Positions 50,075 through 60,884 of a DNA stretch of 64,000 nucleotides are shown here, piece by piece; the stretch's first letter is position 1; every line of letters begins with the position of its first letter. This DNA comes from an uncultured Candidatus Saccharibacteria bacterium (GTDB taxonomy: Bacteria > Patescibacteriota > Minisyncoccia > Phycocordibacterales > JACNGX01). The notes beneath the pieces are model-generated. The model was not told the DNA's origin, ran no database searches, and saw only the letters and a program-made list of their open reading frames with translations. The translations under genes and the position numbers were made by a program. The DNA lies in contig CAZULS010000001.1 of the NCBI GenBank assembly GCA_964621395.1, positions 135,920 to 199,919 on the forward strand. The letters run 5' to 3'.

Positions 50075-51100
50075 TTAATACGAACTACCTGCGTGTTTCA
50101 TCTCTCCCGCCTTTGCAAACTCAAGAGTTGCCGACAAATCATCGGGTTCAAGTATGTTTGCAAGAAGGTCCTGCATAACACAGTAACCCTTCCATACATC
50201 CTCGATGGTGTCGAATTGGTGCTGTGTCCAGTCATACCGGAGGAGTGTTTCCATGACTTTGACCCATGTTGCCAGCACTTCATTGGCATCGGCATTTTCT
50301 ACCACTCCGGAGTGTTTGACCGCAGTAAGGCCATGCATGAGTTCCATTACACCGGCGAGATTTCTCTCGTTTCCGACGCTGTGCATTGAGATGTTGAGAC
50401 CACAACCGCCGATAAATCCACCGGCATTCCTGACTTCAAAATTACGCCCGTAAAATCCGCCCTCACAGGCGAAATTCGGTGTGAGACCGAATTTGTAACG
50501 GACAAAGAGATTACAGAACGCATGAAGCATGGGAAGAACAGGCAGTTCTGCTCCTCGTCCCATAATGCCGCCAGAAATCGAACGATTGCCAACCTTTATG
50601 CTCCTTACGTTTCCGTTGCCATCATCCGTTACTTCCACAGACAGAACAGGTTTCTCCAGGAGTGGTGCCTTCGACGGCACATGCGGTTCAAAGTCGAGAG
50701 GAGGAGGCTCCATTTCTCCCCCGGTTTTTTCGTAGATATCTTTCAGCAGCCAGTAATCAAGCGTGCTGATTGAATCTCCCCACTCTCGTCCACCAGGGAA
50801 TTTTACATGACAGCTTCCAAGACAGGTGTCTTGGACAACGCCAACTTTTCCATTTATCATGACACGTGTACCGCGCCAATCAAAATGGTATTCGTACTTA
50901 TCAAACAGAGGCATAAAGACCACTGTTTTTTGTACGGAAAGTTCGACATTGTCCGGACCGAACAATTCATCTTTCCGGTAGAAACAATTTTCACACACAG
51001 TACCGATGGTCGGATTTTCACCGGCCCATTTTTTGCTAATGGAACTGCCGCAAACAGGGCACTTCCCCTGTACAAGAGTTACGTTTTTCATGATGTACAC
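50075..51100 (-). CDS. Hypothetical protein with N-terminal Zn ribbon (ORFan cassette) between fusA and tuf
   Basis: CPVC..CENC; TTGACA promoter near 51183; terminator ~50026-50056. Confidence 0.72.
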   Translation of the reverse strand: MYIMKNVTLVQGKCPVCGSSISKKWAGENPTIGTVCENCFYRKDELFGPDNVELSVQKTVVFMPLFDKYEYHFDWRGTRVMINGKVGVVQDTCLGSCHVKFPGGREWGDSISTLDYWLLKDIYEKTGGEMEPPPLDFEPHVPSKAPLLEKPVLSVEVTDDGNGNVRSIKVGNRSISGGIMGRGAELPVLPMLHAFCNLFVRYKFGLTPNFACEGGFYGRNFEVRNAGGFIGGCGLNISMHSVGNERNLAGVMELMHGLTAVKHSGVVENADANEVLATWVKVMETLLRYDWTQHQFDTIEDVWKGYCVMQDLLANILEPDDLSATLEFAKAGEMKHAGSSY

Positions 51101-51453
51101 GTTTTCTTTTTGGTGAGAAAAAATATGGTTTCAAATAAAATAACTGCTCGTTTCAGTCTATCATACCATATGTAATATGTCAATACCAGCACCCGCTCCT
51201 TTTTCCTATCCTATAAGCCATAAGCTAAAAGCTATAAGCTCAATTGCGCTTGCGCAAATTCGGCGGCTCTGGTAGGATAGTGGCACCGCATGGCGGGCTT
51301 GTTTTTTCTTGTATGTATTTTTTTGTTTCTAAAAAGCAGAAAAGTATATCATCCAAGTCCATCACGCATTTTATTTATTATCAGGTATAGCTGTTTCTTT
51401 TCGGGCAATGCTCTCGCTTCGAGAAGGAACAGGTATCCAATTCATTCAAACGT

Positions 51454-52647
51454 ATGGCTGATACATTTGATCGCAGCAAGCCGCATGTGAATGTGGGTAC
51501 CCTCGGTCACGTTGACCACGGGAAGACCACATTGACTGCCGGCATCTTGAATGCCCTCGACCTCGCAGGACAGAAGGTCCGCAAAGAGGATGTGAGCGCA
51601 ATCGACAACGCGCCGGAAGAGCGCGAACGTGGTATTACCATTTCGCTCCACCACAGCGAATACGAAACAGAAGCACGTCACTACGCGCACATCGATGCGC
51701 CGGGACACGCCGACTACATTAAAAACATGATCACCGGTGCCGCACAGATGGACGGTGCAATCCTTGTGGTTGCAGCAACCGATGGTGTGATGCCGCAAAC
51801 TCGTGAGCACGTACTCCTTGCAAAGCAGGTGGGCCTTACTCACATGATCGTCTTCATCAACAAGGTAGACATGGTTGATGATGCTGATTTGGTTGAGCTC
51901 GTGGAAGAAGAAATCCGCGAAGTGCTTACCCAGCAGGGCTTTGATGGTGCAAACGCGCCGGTTATCAAGGGCTCCGGCCTTAAAGCAGCGGAAGCAACAT
52001 CTGTTGACGATGAATACGTACAGAAGATTCTTGAGCTCATGAATGCTCTTGATACGTACATTCCGCTTCCGGAACGTCAGACTGACAAGCCGTTCCTTAT
52101 GCCGATTGAGGACATCTTCTCAATTGAAGGACGTGGTACTGTCTGCACCGGTCGTATTGAACGCGGACAGATCAAGGTCGGAGAAGAGGTTGAAATCGTG
52201 GGTATTAAAGATACCGTAAAGACAACCGTGACCGGTATTGAGATGTTTAACAAATCGCTTGAGCAGGGCGAAGCCGGCGACAACGCGGGAATTCTCCTTC
52301 GCGGTACCAAAAAAGAAGATATTCACCGCGGTCAGGTGCTTGCTGCACCGGCAAGTGTTACCCCGCACACCGAATTCGAAGCGGAGGTATACATTCTTAA
52401 GAAAGAGGAAGGTGGTCGTCACACTCCGTTCTTCTCCGGATACAAGCCGCAGTTCTATGTCGGTACAACGGATGTGACCGGCGACGTGACTCTGGCAGAA
52501 GGCGTTGAAATGGTGATGCCGGGCGATACCGTTACCTTCAAAGTGAAGCTTGTAGCACCTGTTGCTCTTGAAGATCAGCAGCGCTTCGCAATCCGCGAAG
52601 GCGGTAAGACCGTTGGTGCCGGTGTGGTAACCAAGGTTATTGCCTAG
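51454..52647 (+). CDS. tuf: Elongation factor Tu
   Basis: [29 protein letters not shown]. Confidence 0.98.
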   Translation: MADTFDRSKPHVNVGTLGHVDHGKTTLTAGILNALDLAGQKVRKEDVSAIDNAPEERERGITISLHHSEYETEARHYAHIDAPGHADYIKNMITGAAQMDGAILVVAATDGVMPQTREHVLLAKQVGLTHMIVFINKVDMVDDADLVELVEEEIREVLTQQGFDGANAPVIKGSGLKAAEATSVDDEYVQKILELMNALDTYIPLPERQTDKPFLMPIEDIFSIEGRGTVCTGRIERGQIKVGEEVEIVGIKDTVKTTVTGIEMFNKSLEQGEAGDNAGILLRGTKKEDIHRGQVLAAPASVTPHTEFEAEVYILKKEEGGRHTPFFSGYKPQFYVGTTDVTGDVTLAEGVEMVMPGDTVTFKVKLVAPVALEDQQRFAIREGGKTVGAGVVTKVIA

Positions 52648-52830
52648 AGCTTGATTACGATTCCCACCGCAAGGTAGGAAGAGTAGAAGCTTGTCGGCTG
52701 ACACGTTCGTATGCCGGCTGCAAATCGCTCAAAGCGTCTTGAAGTACGACAGTACTCCCGCGACACTTTTCACGATTTTCGCTCGACATACGGACGTGTC
52801 ACGCACGACATGTTAATCGTAACCAAGCTC
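52647..52830 (+). mobile_element. ~190-bp rod-like palindromic element
   Basis: Core homologous to 17902-18091 with different self-complementary stems; begins in the tuf stop codon. Confidence 0.75.
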
Positions 52831-52926
52831 ACAATTCATGTTTGCGTCGCGGTGGAAATCGTGACCAAACTTATTCTCCGGACACCCCTTCTCGAAAGGT
52901 AGGGGCACGTCCGCCCGCTCTGTTCT

Positions 52927-53277
52927 ATGACAGCAACCGAAACACAAAAGAAGAAACGTTCTGAAACGAGCGCGCCGAAACTTCGTATCAAAGTGCGTGC
53001 GTATGAGAACAAAGTGCTTGATGCATCGGTAAAGCAGATTATCGACACGGCGATTCGCTATGATGCGGATATTGCCGGACCGACACCCTTGCCGACATCG
53101 ACAAAGAAGTACACCGTCAATCGCTCCACGTTCGTTCACAAAGACGCGCGAGAGCAGTTCGAAATGCGAGTGCATAAGCGTTTGATCGATATCCTCAATC
53201 CGACCCCTAAGGTCGTTGAGGCATTGACCAATCTCTCACTCCCTTCGGGCGTCAGCGTGGATGTACGCATGATGTAA
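52927..53277 (+). CDS. rpsJ: 30S ribosomal protein S10
   Basis: GPTPLPT, REQFEMRVHKRLIDI. Confidence 0.97.
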   Translation: MTATETQKKKRSETSAPKLRIKVRAYENKVLDASVKQIIDTAIRYDADIAGPTPLPTSTKKYTVNRSTFVHKDAREQFEMRVHKRLIDILNPTPKVVEALTNLSLPSGVSVDVRMM

Positions 53278-53710
53278 TTGAGCAGTATTGCTCGGGTTCG
53301 CGCATTCAATTTGCCCAGCGAAGTGAATGCGCTCTACCCGATCAATGCAAGAAGCGGCGACGGCGGCGCGCAAAGCGCCCCGCCGCAACAACGCGAATCA
53401 TGACATGAATAGATATGTCACGAGCCGCATGTTTTTTGTATTGCATAAGGGTACGAACTACGAACATATACGAACATACGGAGACAGTGTCTCGCGACAT
53501 AATATAATTATATCGTCATTCCGCACTTGATGCGGAATCTAGGAGACTCTGTATCTGGATTCCTGGTCAAGCCAGGAATGACAGCAAAAGAGAGTTTCCT
53601 GCTGAAAGTCAGATTCGTATGTTCGTACAAATTCGTAGTTCGTAACAGTTCATAACACAAAAAAACCGCACAGCGGCATATGACGAATCATATACATGTG
53701 CGGTCGGGTT

Positions 53711-54037
53711 TCAGAGACCTGTCTCCCTTTTTGCTTTTTTGCCCCACGGCCAAAGAAAGCCGTGAAATCCATAAAAGCCAAAGTCCACAAGCGCCGCAAT
53801 GAGTCCAATGGGACCCGAGAAGAGACGAATAAATTCAGATGCTTCCCACCATAAATTATTCTCTTTCTTGACTGTTTCCACGGCTTTTTTCAAACGATTG
53901 TCATTTGGAAAAGAAGAAGTTAAGTCATCAAGAAAAGTTTTTCTTCTTACAGAACTTGCAAAAGAGAATCCTGCTCCCAATACACCACAGGCCAGCCATA
54001 GTAAGAGGAGAAGTATCGAAAACAATGTTATATTCAT
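53711..54037 (-). CDS. Hypothetical membrane protein (ORFan cassette) between rpsJ and rplC
   Basis: 2 hydrophobic segments; TTGACT promoter near 54117. Confidence 0.65.
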   Translation of the reverse strand: MNITLFSILLLLLWLACGVLGAGFSFASSVRRKTFLDDLTSSFPNDNRLKKAVETVKKENNLWWEASEFIRLFSGPIGLIAALVDFGFYGFHGFLWPWGKKAKRETGL

Positions 54038-54270
54038 CGGAGTAAATTTTTTGTGTTCAAAAGTTCAAAAAACGCCAAGCTAATTCTAACAGTAATATAT
54101 TTCCTATTTAGAGTCAAACATATTTTTTGTCTCTCATCCCAAATTACCCAATTCCTATTTTCTACCGTGACCGAGCATGACTTGTCATGCTGTAGGCACT
54201 CCTAGTTTCCAATCCACCCAGTTGACTTTTCAAATCAAAAAAGGTAGTATCTGGAAACGTATAATTCCGA

Positions 54271-54419
54271 ATTACGAATGCACGCGAATATACGAATGAG
54301 TGAAATAGCGGATGTGCCTTCGAAGTATCCTCGGAACATATATAACAATAAGAAGAGAAATATAAAAATGCACGATATATTGAGTATTCGTATATTCGTA
54401 ATAAATTCGTAATTCGTAA
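54271..54419. repeat. ACGAAT-ended element (shorter variant)
   Basis: ATTACGAAT..ATTCGTAA ends; relatives at 45281-45446, 53450-53645, 56220-56316, 61812-61851. Confidence 0.7.
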
Positions 54420-54423
54420 CTTT

Positions 54424-55035
54424 ATGAAATTCATCCTCGGCACAAAAGAAGAGATGACACAGATTTTCCAGGAAGATGGACGTGTCGTACCGGTAACAGC
54501 AATCGCTGCCGGTCCTGTTGTGGTGACACAAGTGAAGAATGCTGATACCGATGGATACAGTGCTGTGCAGGTTGGCTTTGGTACACAGAAAGAATCTCGC
54601 TTGGGCAAGTCTGTTCTTGGGCACACCAAAGATCTTGGTGCATTTAAAACACTTCGCGAATTCCGCCTGGAGGATACGGCAGACATGGAAAAAGGGAAGA
54701 CTATCGACGTGTCTATCTTTGAGCCGGGTGAGGAAATCGAAGTGAGCGGAATTTCGAAAGGAAAAGGTTTCCAAGGTGTGGTGAAGCGTCATGGCTTCAA
54801 AGGCGGTCCTCGTTCACACGGTCAGAAGCACTCTGAGCGTAAGCCGGGTTCTATCGGATCAACCGGTCCGCAGCGCGTGCTCAAAGGCTTGCGCATGGCA
54901 GGACGCATGGGTTCGGATCGCGTAACGGTGAAGAATCTTTCAGTGGTTGCCGTCGACGCGGAAAAAGGGCTCCTCTTTGTGAAAGGTGCCGTTCCCGGAC
55001 GTCGCGGCACATTGCTCGAAGTCCGCACCGCCTAA
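54424..55035 (+). CDS. rplC: 50S ribosomal protein L3
   Basis: SKGKGFQGVVKRHGF, MAGRMG, KGAVPG. Confidence 0.97.
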   Translation: MKFILGTKEEMTQIFQEDGRVVPVTAIAAGPVVVTQVKNADTDGYSAVQVGFGTQKESRLGKSVLGHTKDLGAFKTLREFRLEDTADMEKGKTIDVSIFEPGEEIEVSGISKGKGFQGVVKRHGFKGGPRSHGQKHSERKPGSIGSTGPQRVLKGLRMAGRMGSDRVTVKNLSVVAVDAEKGLLFVKGAVPGRRGTLLEVRTA

Positions 55036-55089
55036 GAGCGCACGGAGTGCGCGTTAATCTCCTAACCTTTAACTTCCTAATCTCCTAAT

Positions 55090-55758
55090 ATGGAATCACC
55101 CATCTACAACGAACAAGGAAAAGAAACAGGCAAGCTCACACTTCCTAAGGAAATCTTTGGTTTGCCGAAAAATGACGACCTCGTGCACCAGGTGGTTGTA
55201 TCGATGCAGTCAAATGCACGCACCAATGTGGCGCATGCAAAAGACAGAAGCGAAGTACGAGGCGGTGGTCGCAAGCCCTGGAAGCAGAAGGGTACCGGTC
55301 GTGCGCGTCATGGTTCGCGCCGTTCACCGATTTGGATTGGTGGTGGCGTTACCCACGGACCTTCCAATGAAAAGAATTTCGATAAGAAAATCAATCGCAA
55401 GATGGCACGCAAGGCGCTCCATACGGTGCTTTCCGGTAAGATGAAAGACGGTGAGGTGATGTTTGTTGACATCTTCTCCACTGAAGAGCCGAAAGCTTCA
55501 TGGGCAAAGGGTGTTCTTCAAGCACTCGGAAGCGTGAAAGGATATGAGGCGATTGCGGAGCGCAAGAACAATGCCGTGCTCATTGCCGTGGGCGAGAAAA
55601 ACGATGCAGTATTCAAGAGCTTTGGAAACTTCGGCAACGTTGCCATCATGGAAGCACGCAATGTAAATCCTGTGGAAGCTCTTTCATACAAGCACATCGT
55701 ATTTGTGGGCCCCGAGGTATGTGTTGCACACCTTACTCGTGAAAAAGGAAATGAATAA
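55090..55758 (+). CDS. rplD: 50S ribosomal protein L4
   Basis: KPWKQKGTGRARHGS.RSP.W.GGG. Confidence 0.97.
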   Translation: MESPIYNEQGKETGKLTLPKEIFGLPKNDDLVHQVVVSMQSNARTNVAHAKDRSEVRGGGRKPWKQKGTGRARHGSRRSPIWIGGGVTHGPSNEKNFDKKINRKMARKALHTVLSGKMKDGEVMFVDIFSTEEPKASWAKGVLQALGSVKGYEAIAERKNNAVLIAVGEKNDAVFKSFGNFGNVAIMEARNVNPVEALSYKHIVFVGPEVCVAHLTREKGNE

Positions 55759-55776
55759 TTCAGATTCTCGTTAACT

Positions 55777-56211
55777 ATGAGCATTCTCTCTTCCAAAACA
55801 AAAGAGTCTCAGTCGAAAAAGACGACCGACCAAGGGTCTAAGGCAAAAGCTCCGGCAAAGCCGAAAGCAAAAGCTGCATCAAAGAGTGCGCAGCCCAAGC
55901 CTAAGTCACAGAAAGCTGCGACCGCTCCCAAGAAAGGTGCATATGCACACGTGCTTCTTGCACCGCGTATTACAGAGAAGGCAGCTCTTTCAAGCGAACG
56001 TGGCGCGTATGTCTTTACGGTTGCACCAGAGGCGACAAAGGTTGATGTGAAGAAGGCGTTTTTCCAGGTATACGGTATTCTGCCGAGAAAAATCACCATG
56101 ACCCGCATCCCGAAGAAGAACACGTTCATTCGCGGAAGAAAGGGTACGAAAGGTGGTGGTAAGAAAGCGGTTGTATATCTTCCCGAAGGACAGAAGATTG
56201 AAATTGTGTAA
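55777..56211 (+). CDS. rplW: 50S ribosomal protein L23 with Lys/Ala-rich N-terminal extension
   Basis: PRITEKA, YVFTV, KKAVVYL. Confidence 0.93.
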   Translation: MSILSSKTKESQSKKTTDQGSKAKAPAKPKAKAASKSAQPKPKSQKAATAPKKGAYAHVLLAPRITEKAALSSERGAYVFTVAPEATKVDVKKAFFQVYGILPRKITMTRIPKKNTFIRGRKGTKGGGKKAVVYLPEGQKIEIV

Positions 56212-56328
56212 ATCATCGAATTACAAATGAAATACGAATATACGAATTACAAATATATGTGTTAATGATAATAAAGAGCATGATTTGTAATTTGTATATT
56301 TGTATCAATTCGTAATTTGTTTATAGCC

Positions 56329-57168
56329 ATGAAAAAATATAAGCCGACAACAGCATCTCGCAGACACATGAGCACGGTGACCTACCGAGGCGTGCTTTCC
56401 GGCGACAAGCCACACAAACCGCTTGTGAAAGGAAAGAAGCGTTCTGTTGGTCGTAACAATGCCGGACGTATCACCACTCGTCATAAGGGAGGCGGTCACA
56501 AGCGTTTGCAGCGTGATATCGATTTTACATACGATAAGAAAAACATTATCGCGCGCGTGGAGACGATTGAATACGATCCAAACCGCTCAGGTTTCATTGC
56601 TCTCGTGTGTTATCGTGATGGTGAACGTCGCTATATCCTTGCTCCGCAGAGTGTTGTGGTGGGAGATGAATTCGTGGTATCCGAAGAGGCGGAAGTGAAG
56701 GTGGGAAATCGCATGCCCCTTGGTAAGATTCCTGCCGGTACGTTTGTATATAATGTTGAATTAAAGCCGGGTGCCGGCGCACGCTTGGCACGCTCCGCCG
56801 GATCATTCCTTGAAGTGGTTGCAAACGACGAAGGCTACACCCAGGTGAAGATGCCGTCGGGAGAAATTCGCAAGATTATCGCCACCGCATGGGCGTCAAT
56901 CGGTGAAGTATCCAATCAAGAGCACAAGCTTGTGACTATTGGAAAAGCGGGTCGTAGCCGCTGGATGGGTAAGCGCCCGACGGTGCGTGGTACGGCCATG
57001 AACCCTGTTGATCACCCCCATGGTGGTGGTGAAGGACGCCAAGGACGCGGACGCCGTCGCGCAACCTCTAAATGGGGTAAGGAGACCGGAAAGGGACACA
57101 AGACACGTCGTGCAAAGAAATATTCAAACAATCTCATCGTTTCTCGCAGAAAGAGCAAAAAGAAGTAA
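56329..57168 (+). CDS. rplB: 50S ribosomal protein L2
   Basis: GRNNAGRIT, EYDPNRS, MNPVDHPHGGG. Confidence 0.98.
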   Translation: MKKYKPTTASRRHMSTVTYRGVLSGDKPHKPLVKGKKRSVGRNNAGRITTRHKGGGHKRLQRDIDFTYDKKNIIARVETIEYDPNRSGFIALVCYRDGERRYILAPQSVVVGDEFVVSEEAEVKVGNRMPLGKIPAGTFVYNVELKPGAGARLARSAGSFLEVVANDEGYTQVKMPSGEIRKIIATAWASIGEVSNQEHKLVTIGKAGRSRWMGKRPTVRGTAMNPVDHPHGGGEGRQGRGRRRATSKWGKETGKGHKTRRAKKYSNNLIVSRRKSKKK

Positions 57169-57332
57169 AAAAACGATAAACGATAAACTTTTCAACGATA
57201 AAACAAAAAGCCGCGCAGCTCTCAAAGGATGCGCGGCTTTTGCCCCCCCTCACACTTTTTCCTCAAAATATGTTATATTGGGAAACACTCATTTTTAATT
57301 TCCTAATATTTAACTTCTAATCTCCTACCACA

Positions 57333-58436
57333 ATGACCGACGACCCTTCCCCTAGTGCACGCTTCATGTTCGCCCTCTATGGCGGGCTTATTGTTCTTTT
57401 TGGCATTCTCTTCTCTGTTGATACCAACATCGCCCTTGTTGCACTTCTCGTGCTGTTTTCGGGACTTTTTTCCGGTCTTACCATTGGTATTCTCGGGCTT
57501 TCTCCCGAAGATCTCAAAATTGAAGCCGATTTGGGCTCGCGCTTGGCAAAGAAGATTCTTCCGGTGCGGCAGAAGGGGAATCTCATTCTCTCCACATTGC
57601 TCGTCTCCAATGTTATCGTCAACTCCGTTCTCTCTATTTTTCTTTCCGACGTCGCTTCAGGTGTTATCGGCGGTATTATCGCCATTGCGCTCATTACCGT
57701 CTTCGGTGAAATTTTGCCGCAATCAATCGCAATCAAGCATGGTCTTAAAATGGGATATATGTCGCTGCCGCTTTTGTATGTGGTGATGACCGTGCTGTAT
57801 CCGATTACTCGCCCTGTGGCATGGGCGCTCGACAAAGCAATCGGTAAGGAATTGCCGGCAATCTATTCCAAGCGCAAACTCTCAAAGATTCTTGAGCACG
57901 TGGAGGACCAGGGAATTATCGATGAAGATGAAGAACAGATTCTTCTCGGCGGCGTGTCGTTTTCGGAGAAATATGTTGGCGATGTAATGACACCAATCGA
58001 CAAGGTCTTTCTCTTGCCCGACACCACACTTCTTTCGGGAGAAAAACTTCGGGAAATATATGAAAGCGGACACTCACGTATCCCTATCTACGATGAAAAT
58101 ATTCACGATATTGTCGGTATGTTGTATGTGAAGAAGCTTATTGCCATTAATCCCGACGACAATACACCGGTTGTAGATGTGATGAGTGACGATGTGCCCA
58201 AGGTGATGGCGAGCGAGCATCTCGATGCGGTTTTGAATAAGTTTAAGCTCAAAAAGAAGCACCTGTTTGCGGTGTATGCCACCGATTCCGACGCCGCCGG
58301 CATCATCACGCTCGAAGACATTATGGAAGAAATCCTCCAAGACGAGATTGTAGACGAGACGGATTTTAAGGAACGAGTTGAGAGTAAAAGAGGGAAGAGT
58401 CGAGAGCGTGGTTATTCGAGTACAGTGAAGAAATAG
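57333..58436 (+). CDS. CNNM/DUF21 + CBS domain protein (Mg2+/metal transport family)
   Basis: SGLFSGLTIG, FGEILPQ, VMTP, SGHSRIP, GIITLEDIMEEI. Confidence 0.9.
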   Translation: MTDDPSPSARFMFALYGGLIVLFGILFSVDTNIALVALLVLFSGLFSGLTIGILGLSPEDLKIEADLGSRLAKKILPVRQKGNLILSTLLVSNVIVNSVLSIFLSDVASGVIGGIIAIALITVFGEILPQSIAIKHGLKMGYMSLPLLYVVMTVLYPITRPVAWALDKAIGKELPAIYSKRKLSKILEHVEDQGIIDEDEEQILLGGVSFSEKYVGDVMTPIDKVFLLPDTTLLSGEKLREIYESGHSRIPIYDENIHDIVGMLYVKKLIAINPDDNTPVVDVMSDDVPKVMASEHLDAVLNKFKLKKKHLFAVYATDSDAAGIITLEDIMEEILQDEIVDETDFKERVESKRGKSRERGYSSTVKK

Positions 58437-58646
58437 ACAAGTTTCGAGTATCGAGTATCGAGTTGCGAGAGTCGCGCGCTACCGCGCGCGACGATACAAA
58501 CTAAAAAACTCAAAAGCGCGACTTACGCCGCGCTTTTGGAATTGTACTTGACACAAAATCCATATCGTGATAGCATACTATGCGTAGTGGTTATTTTGTA
58601 AAAGACGATCAAAATCGTTTATTCTATAAAAAGAAAACGAAAGAAA

Positions 58647-58856
58647 ATGAAAAACAGCGCTTTTGTGATCTGGATGATAGGGTACCCCATGTATCATATC
58701 CTCGCTGACTATCTCCATTTTCTTATGGAGAAGCCCATCGAAGATCCGACGAATTGGGGACTTGTCATTATTTTTGCATTTTGGGTTTTTGTCGGCTGGT
58801 TGGTTTATGAGCCGAAAGAAAGCAAGAAAGTCGAAAATAAAGAAAATGAGGACTGA
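58647..58856 (+). CDS. Small 2-TM hypothetical protein (ORFan cassette)
   Basis: TTGACA-17-TAGCAT at 58548-58576; terminator at 58881-58906. Confidence 0.65.
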   Translation: MKNSAFVIWMIGYPMYHILADYLHFLMEKPIEDPTNWGLVIIFAFWVFVGWLVYEPKESKKVENKENED

Positions 58857-59086
58857 CCTGTTCTGTTTATCTTTATCCCAAAAAGCTGCCTTCCGGGGCA
58901 GCTTTTTATGTGGAATTGGTTTTTGTGTTTCGCGCGGCGTGATTCTTCATTCATAATTCTTAATTCTCAGCCGCGAATGGTTCTCTGCCGTGCTCGCACG
59001 GCAGAGAACCATTCGCGGCTGTTGACTTCTCCCCGGCTATCTGCTAGGATACTGCAACGAGTGTGTGCTCGACTTTTGTTTTATAT

Positions 59087-59425
59087 ATGACACGATCGCT
59101 GAAGAAAGGTCCGTATGTGGACGAAAAATTGCTCAAGAAAATCGCCGGAAAGAAGCCGGCGGATGTTGGCGTGATTACAACATGGGCACGCGCAAGCCAA
59201 ATTTCTCCGGAAATGGTAGGTTTCAAGTTTGGTGTGCACAATGGCCGTAAACACATTGAGGTGTTGATATCCGAAGACATGGTAGGACATCGTTTGGGTG
59301 AATTCTCCCCGACAAAGACCTTCCATCGTCACGGTGGTAAGATGCAGAAAGAGCTTGAGCAGAAGAAGAAAGAAGCGGAAATCGCTGCAGCAAAAGCCGC
59401 TAAGGCCGCTGCCGACAGTAAGTAG
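59087..59425 (+). CDS. rpsS: 30S ribosomal protein S19
   Basis: [22 protein letters not shown]. Confidence 0.97.
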   Translation: MTRSLKKGPYVDEKLLKKIAGKKPADVGVITTWARASQISPEMVGFKFGVHNGRKHIEVLISEDMVGHRLGEFSPTKTFHRHGGKMQKELEQKKKEAEIAAAKAAKAAADSK

Positions 59426-59620
59426 AACCTGTCTCACTGAAAAATATATGATAACCACAACTCTTCATTCATAAGCTGCGCTTGGCAGCTCTCGCACCCA
59501 CATTGCGGCTGTGCCTCGTCTCTCAACCTCACCGTACGACAGTACGCTTCGGTCTCCGAGACGTCGGCTCACTCGCAATGTGGGCACGAGAACAAGCCAT
59601 TTTCGGTGAGAAAGGTTCTA
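59423..59620 (+). mobile_element. ~200-bp rod-like palindromic element
   Basis: TAGAACCT..AGGTTCTA ends; overlaps the rpsS stop; homologous to 23871-24069. Confidence 0.78.
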
Positions 59621-59639
59621 ACACATTATCACGACTATT

Positions 59640-60110
59640 ATGGAAGCGTATCTCAAAAATTATCGTCAATCACCTCGAAAAGTGCGTTTGCTCGCTGATT
59701 TGGTGCGTGGAAAGAGCGTAGAACGTGCACTTTCTGAATTGTCGTTTATGCCGAAGCGCGCTGCTGGTCCTATGAAAAAGCTGATTGAGTCGGCTGTGGC
59801 TAATGCAGAGCACAATTTCAATGCGAAAAAGGAGGGTTTTGTCGTGAAGGAAATTACCGTTGATAGCGGTGTAACCTTGAAAAGATGGCGTCCGCGAGCA
59901 TTTGGTCGCGCATCGTCGATTCATAAGCATACAAGCAATGTCTTTGTTCGTCTTGCAGCTGCCGAGTCGGTAAAAGACGAGGATAAAAAGGCAGAGGCTC
60001 CCAAAAAAGCGAAGAAGCCTAAATCACAGCAAGCTGTGACCGGCCAAGAGAGCCTAAACCGTGCAAAAGGCACGGTCGGCCAAAAGGAGGCAGCTGCGGC
60101 AGCAGCGTAA
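59640..60110 (+). CDS. rplV: 50S ribosomal protein L22 with C-terminal extension
   Basis: SPRKVRL, SAVANAEHN, PRAFGRA. Confidence 0.97.
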   Translation: MEAYLKNYRQSPRKVRLLADLVRGKSVERALSELSFMPKRAAGPMKKLIESAVANAEHNFNAKKEGFVVKEITVDSGVTLKRWRPRAFGRASSIHKHTSNVFVRLAAAESVKDEDKKAEAPKKAKKPKSQQAVTGQESLNRAKGTVGQKEAAAAAA

Positions 60111-60170
60111 AGAGCCACGTAGCGGCGACCCTTAATCTCCTAATTTCCTAACTTACTAATCTCCTAACAT

Positions 60171-60872
60171 ATGTCTCATACCGTACATCCATATTCCCAT
60201 AGAGTTGGCGTTATCCGTGATTGGAAATCACGCTGGTTTGCGGGTGGCAAAGATTATGTTGATGCACTTCGTGGCGATGTACTCCTGCGCGAATACCTTG
60301 TGAAGCGTTTGCGTGGTATGTACGTATCGGGCATTGATATTGAACGTAATAAAAACGAAATGCGTGTGGTGATTCACACATCTCGCCCCGGTCTTATCAT
60401 CGGTCGTTCCGGTGAACACATGACCAAGCTTCGCGCTGAGGTTGATAAAGAAATGCGCCGTTTGCGCATCAAAAAGCCCGAATCTCTCAAGCTCGATGTG
60501 GAGGAAGTGCGCGTGCCGGAGGCTGATGCTGCTATTGTGGCGGCCATGATTGCCGAAGGTCTTGAGCGTCGCTTGCCGTTTCGTCGTGTGATGAAGCAGA
60601 CGATGGATAAAGTGATGGCAAATCGCGAAGTGAAAGGTGCACGTATTGTGCTCTCAGGGCGCTTAGGTGGTGCAGAAATGAGCCGTAAAGAAGAGCTTAA
60701 AAAGGGTGGTATTCCGCTTCAGACATTCCGCGCAGACATTGATTTTGCTCGCGAACGCGCGCACCTTCCCTACGGTGATCTCGGTATTAAGGTATGGATT
60801 TATCGCGGTGAAGTGTTTGCTGATGAAGCGAAAAAGAATGCGAAGAAGGATATTAAGGATTCTTCAAAATAA
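60171..60872 (+). CDS. rpsC: 30S ribosomal protein S3
   Basis: RPGLIIG, SGRLGGAEM, PLQTFRADID, GIKVWI. Confidence 0.97.
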   Translation: MSHTVHPYSHRVGVIRDWKSRWFAGGKDYVDALRGDVLLREYLVKRLRGMYVSGIDIERNKNEMRVVIHTSRPGLIIGRSGEHMTKLRAEVDKEMRRLRIKKPESLKLDVEEVRVPEADAAIVAAMIAEGLERRLPFRRVMKQTMDKVMANREVKGARIVLSGRLGGAEMSRKEELKKGGIPLQTFRADIDFARERAHLPYGDLGIKVWIYRGEVFADEAKKNAKKDIKDSSK

Positions 60873-60884
60873 CCCCAAATCATT

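Noticed and set aside
54130-54270. Ribosomal-protein leader RNA before rplC (also 52840-52926 before rpsJ)
   Set aside because: Some hairpins are present, but I cannot match them to a known leader without a covariance search.
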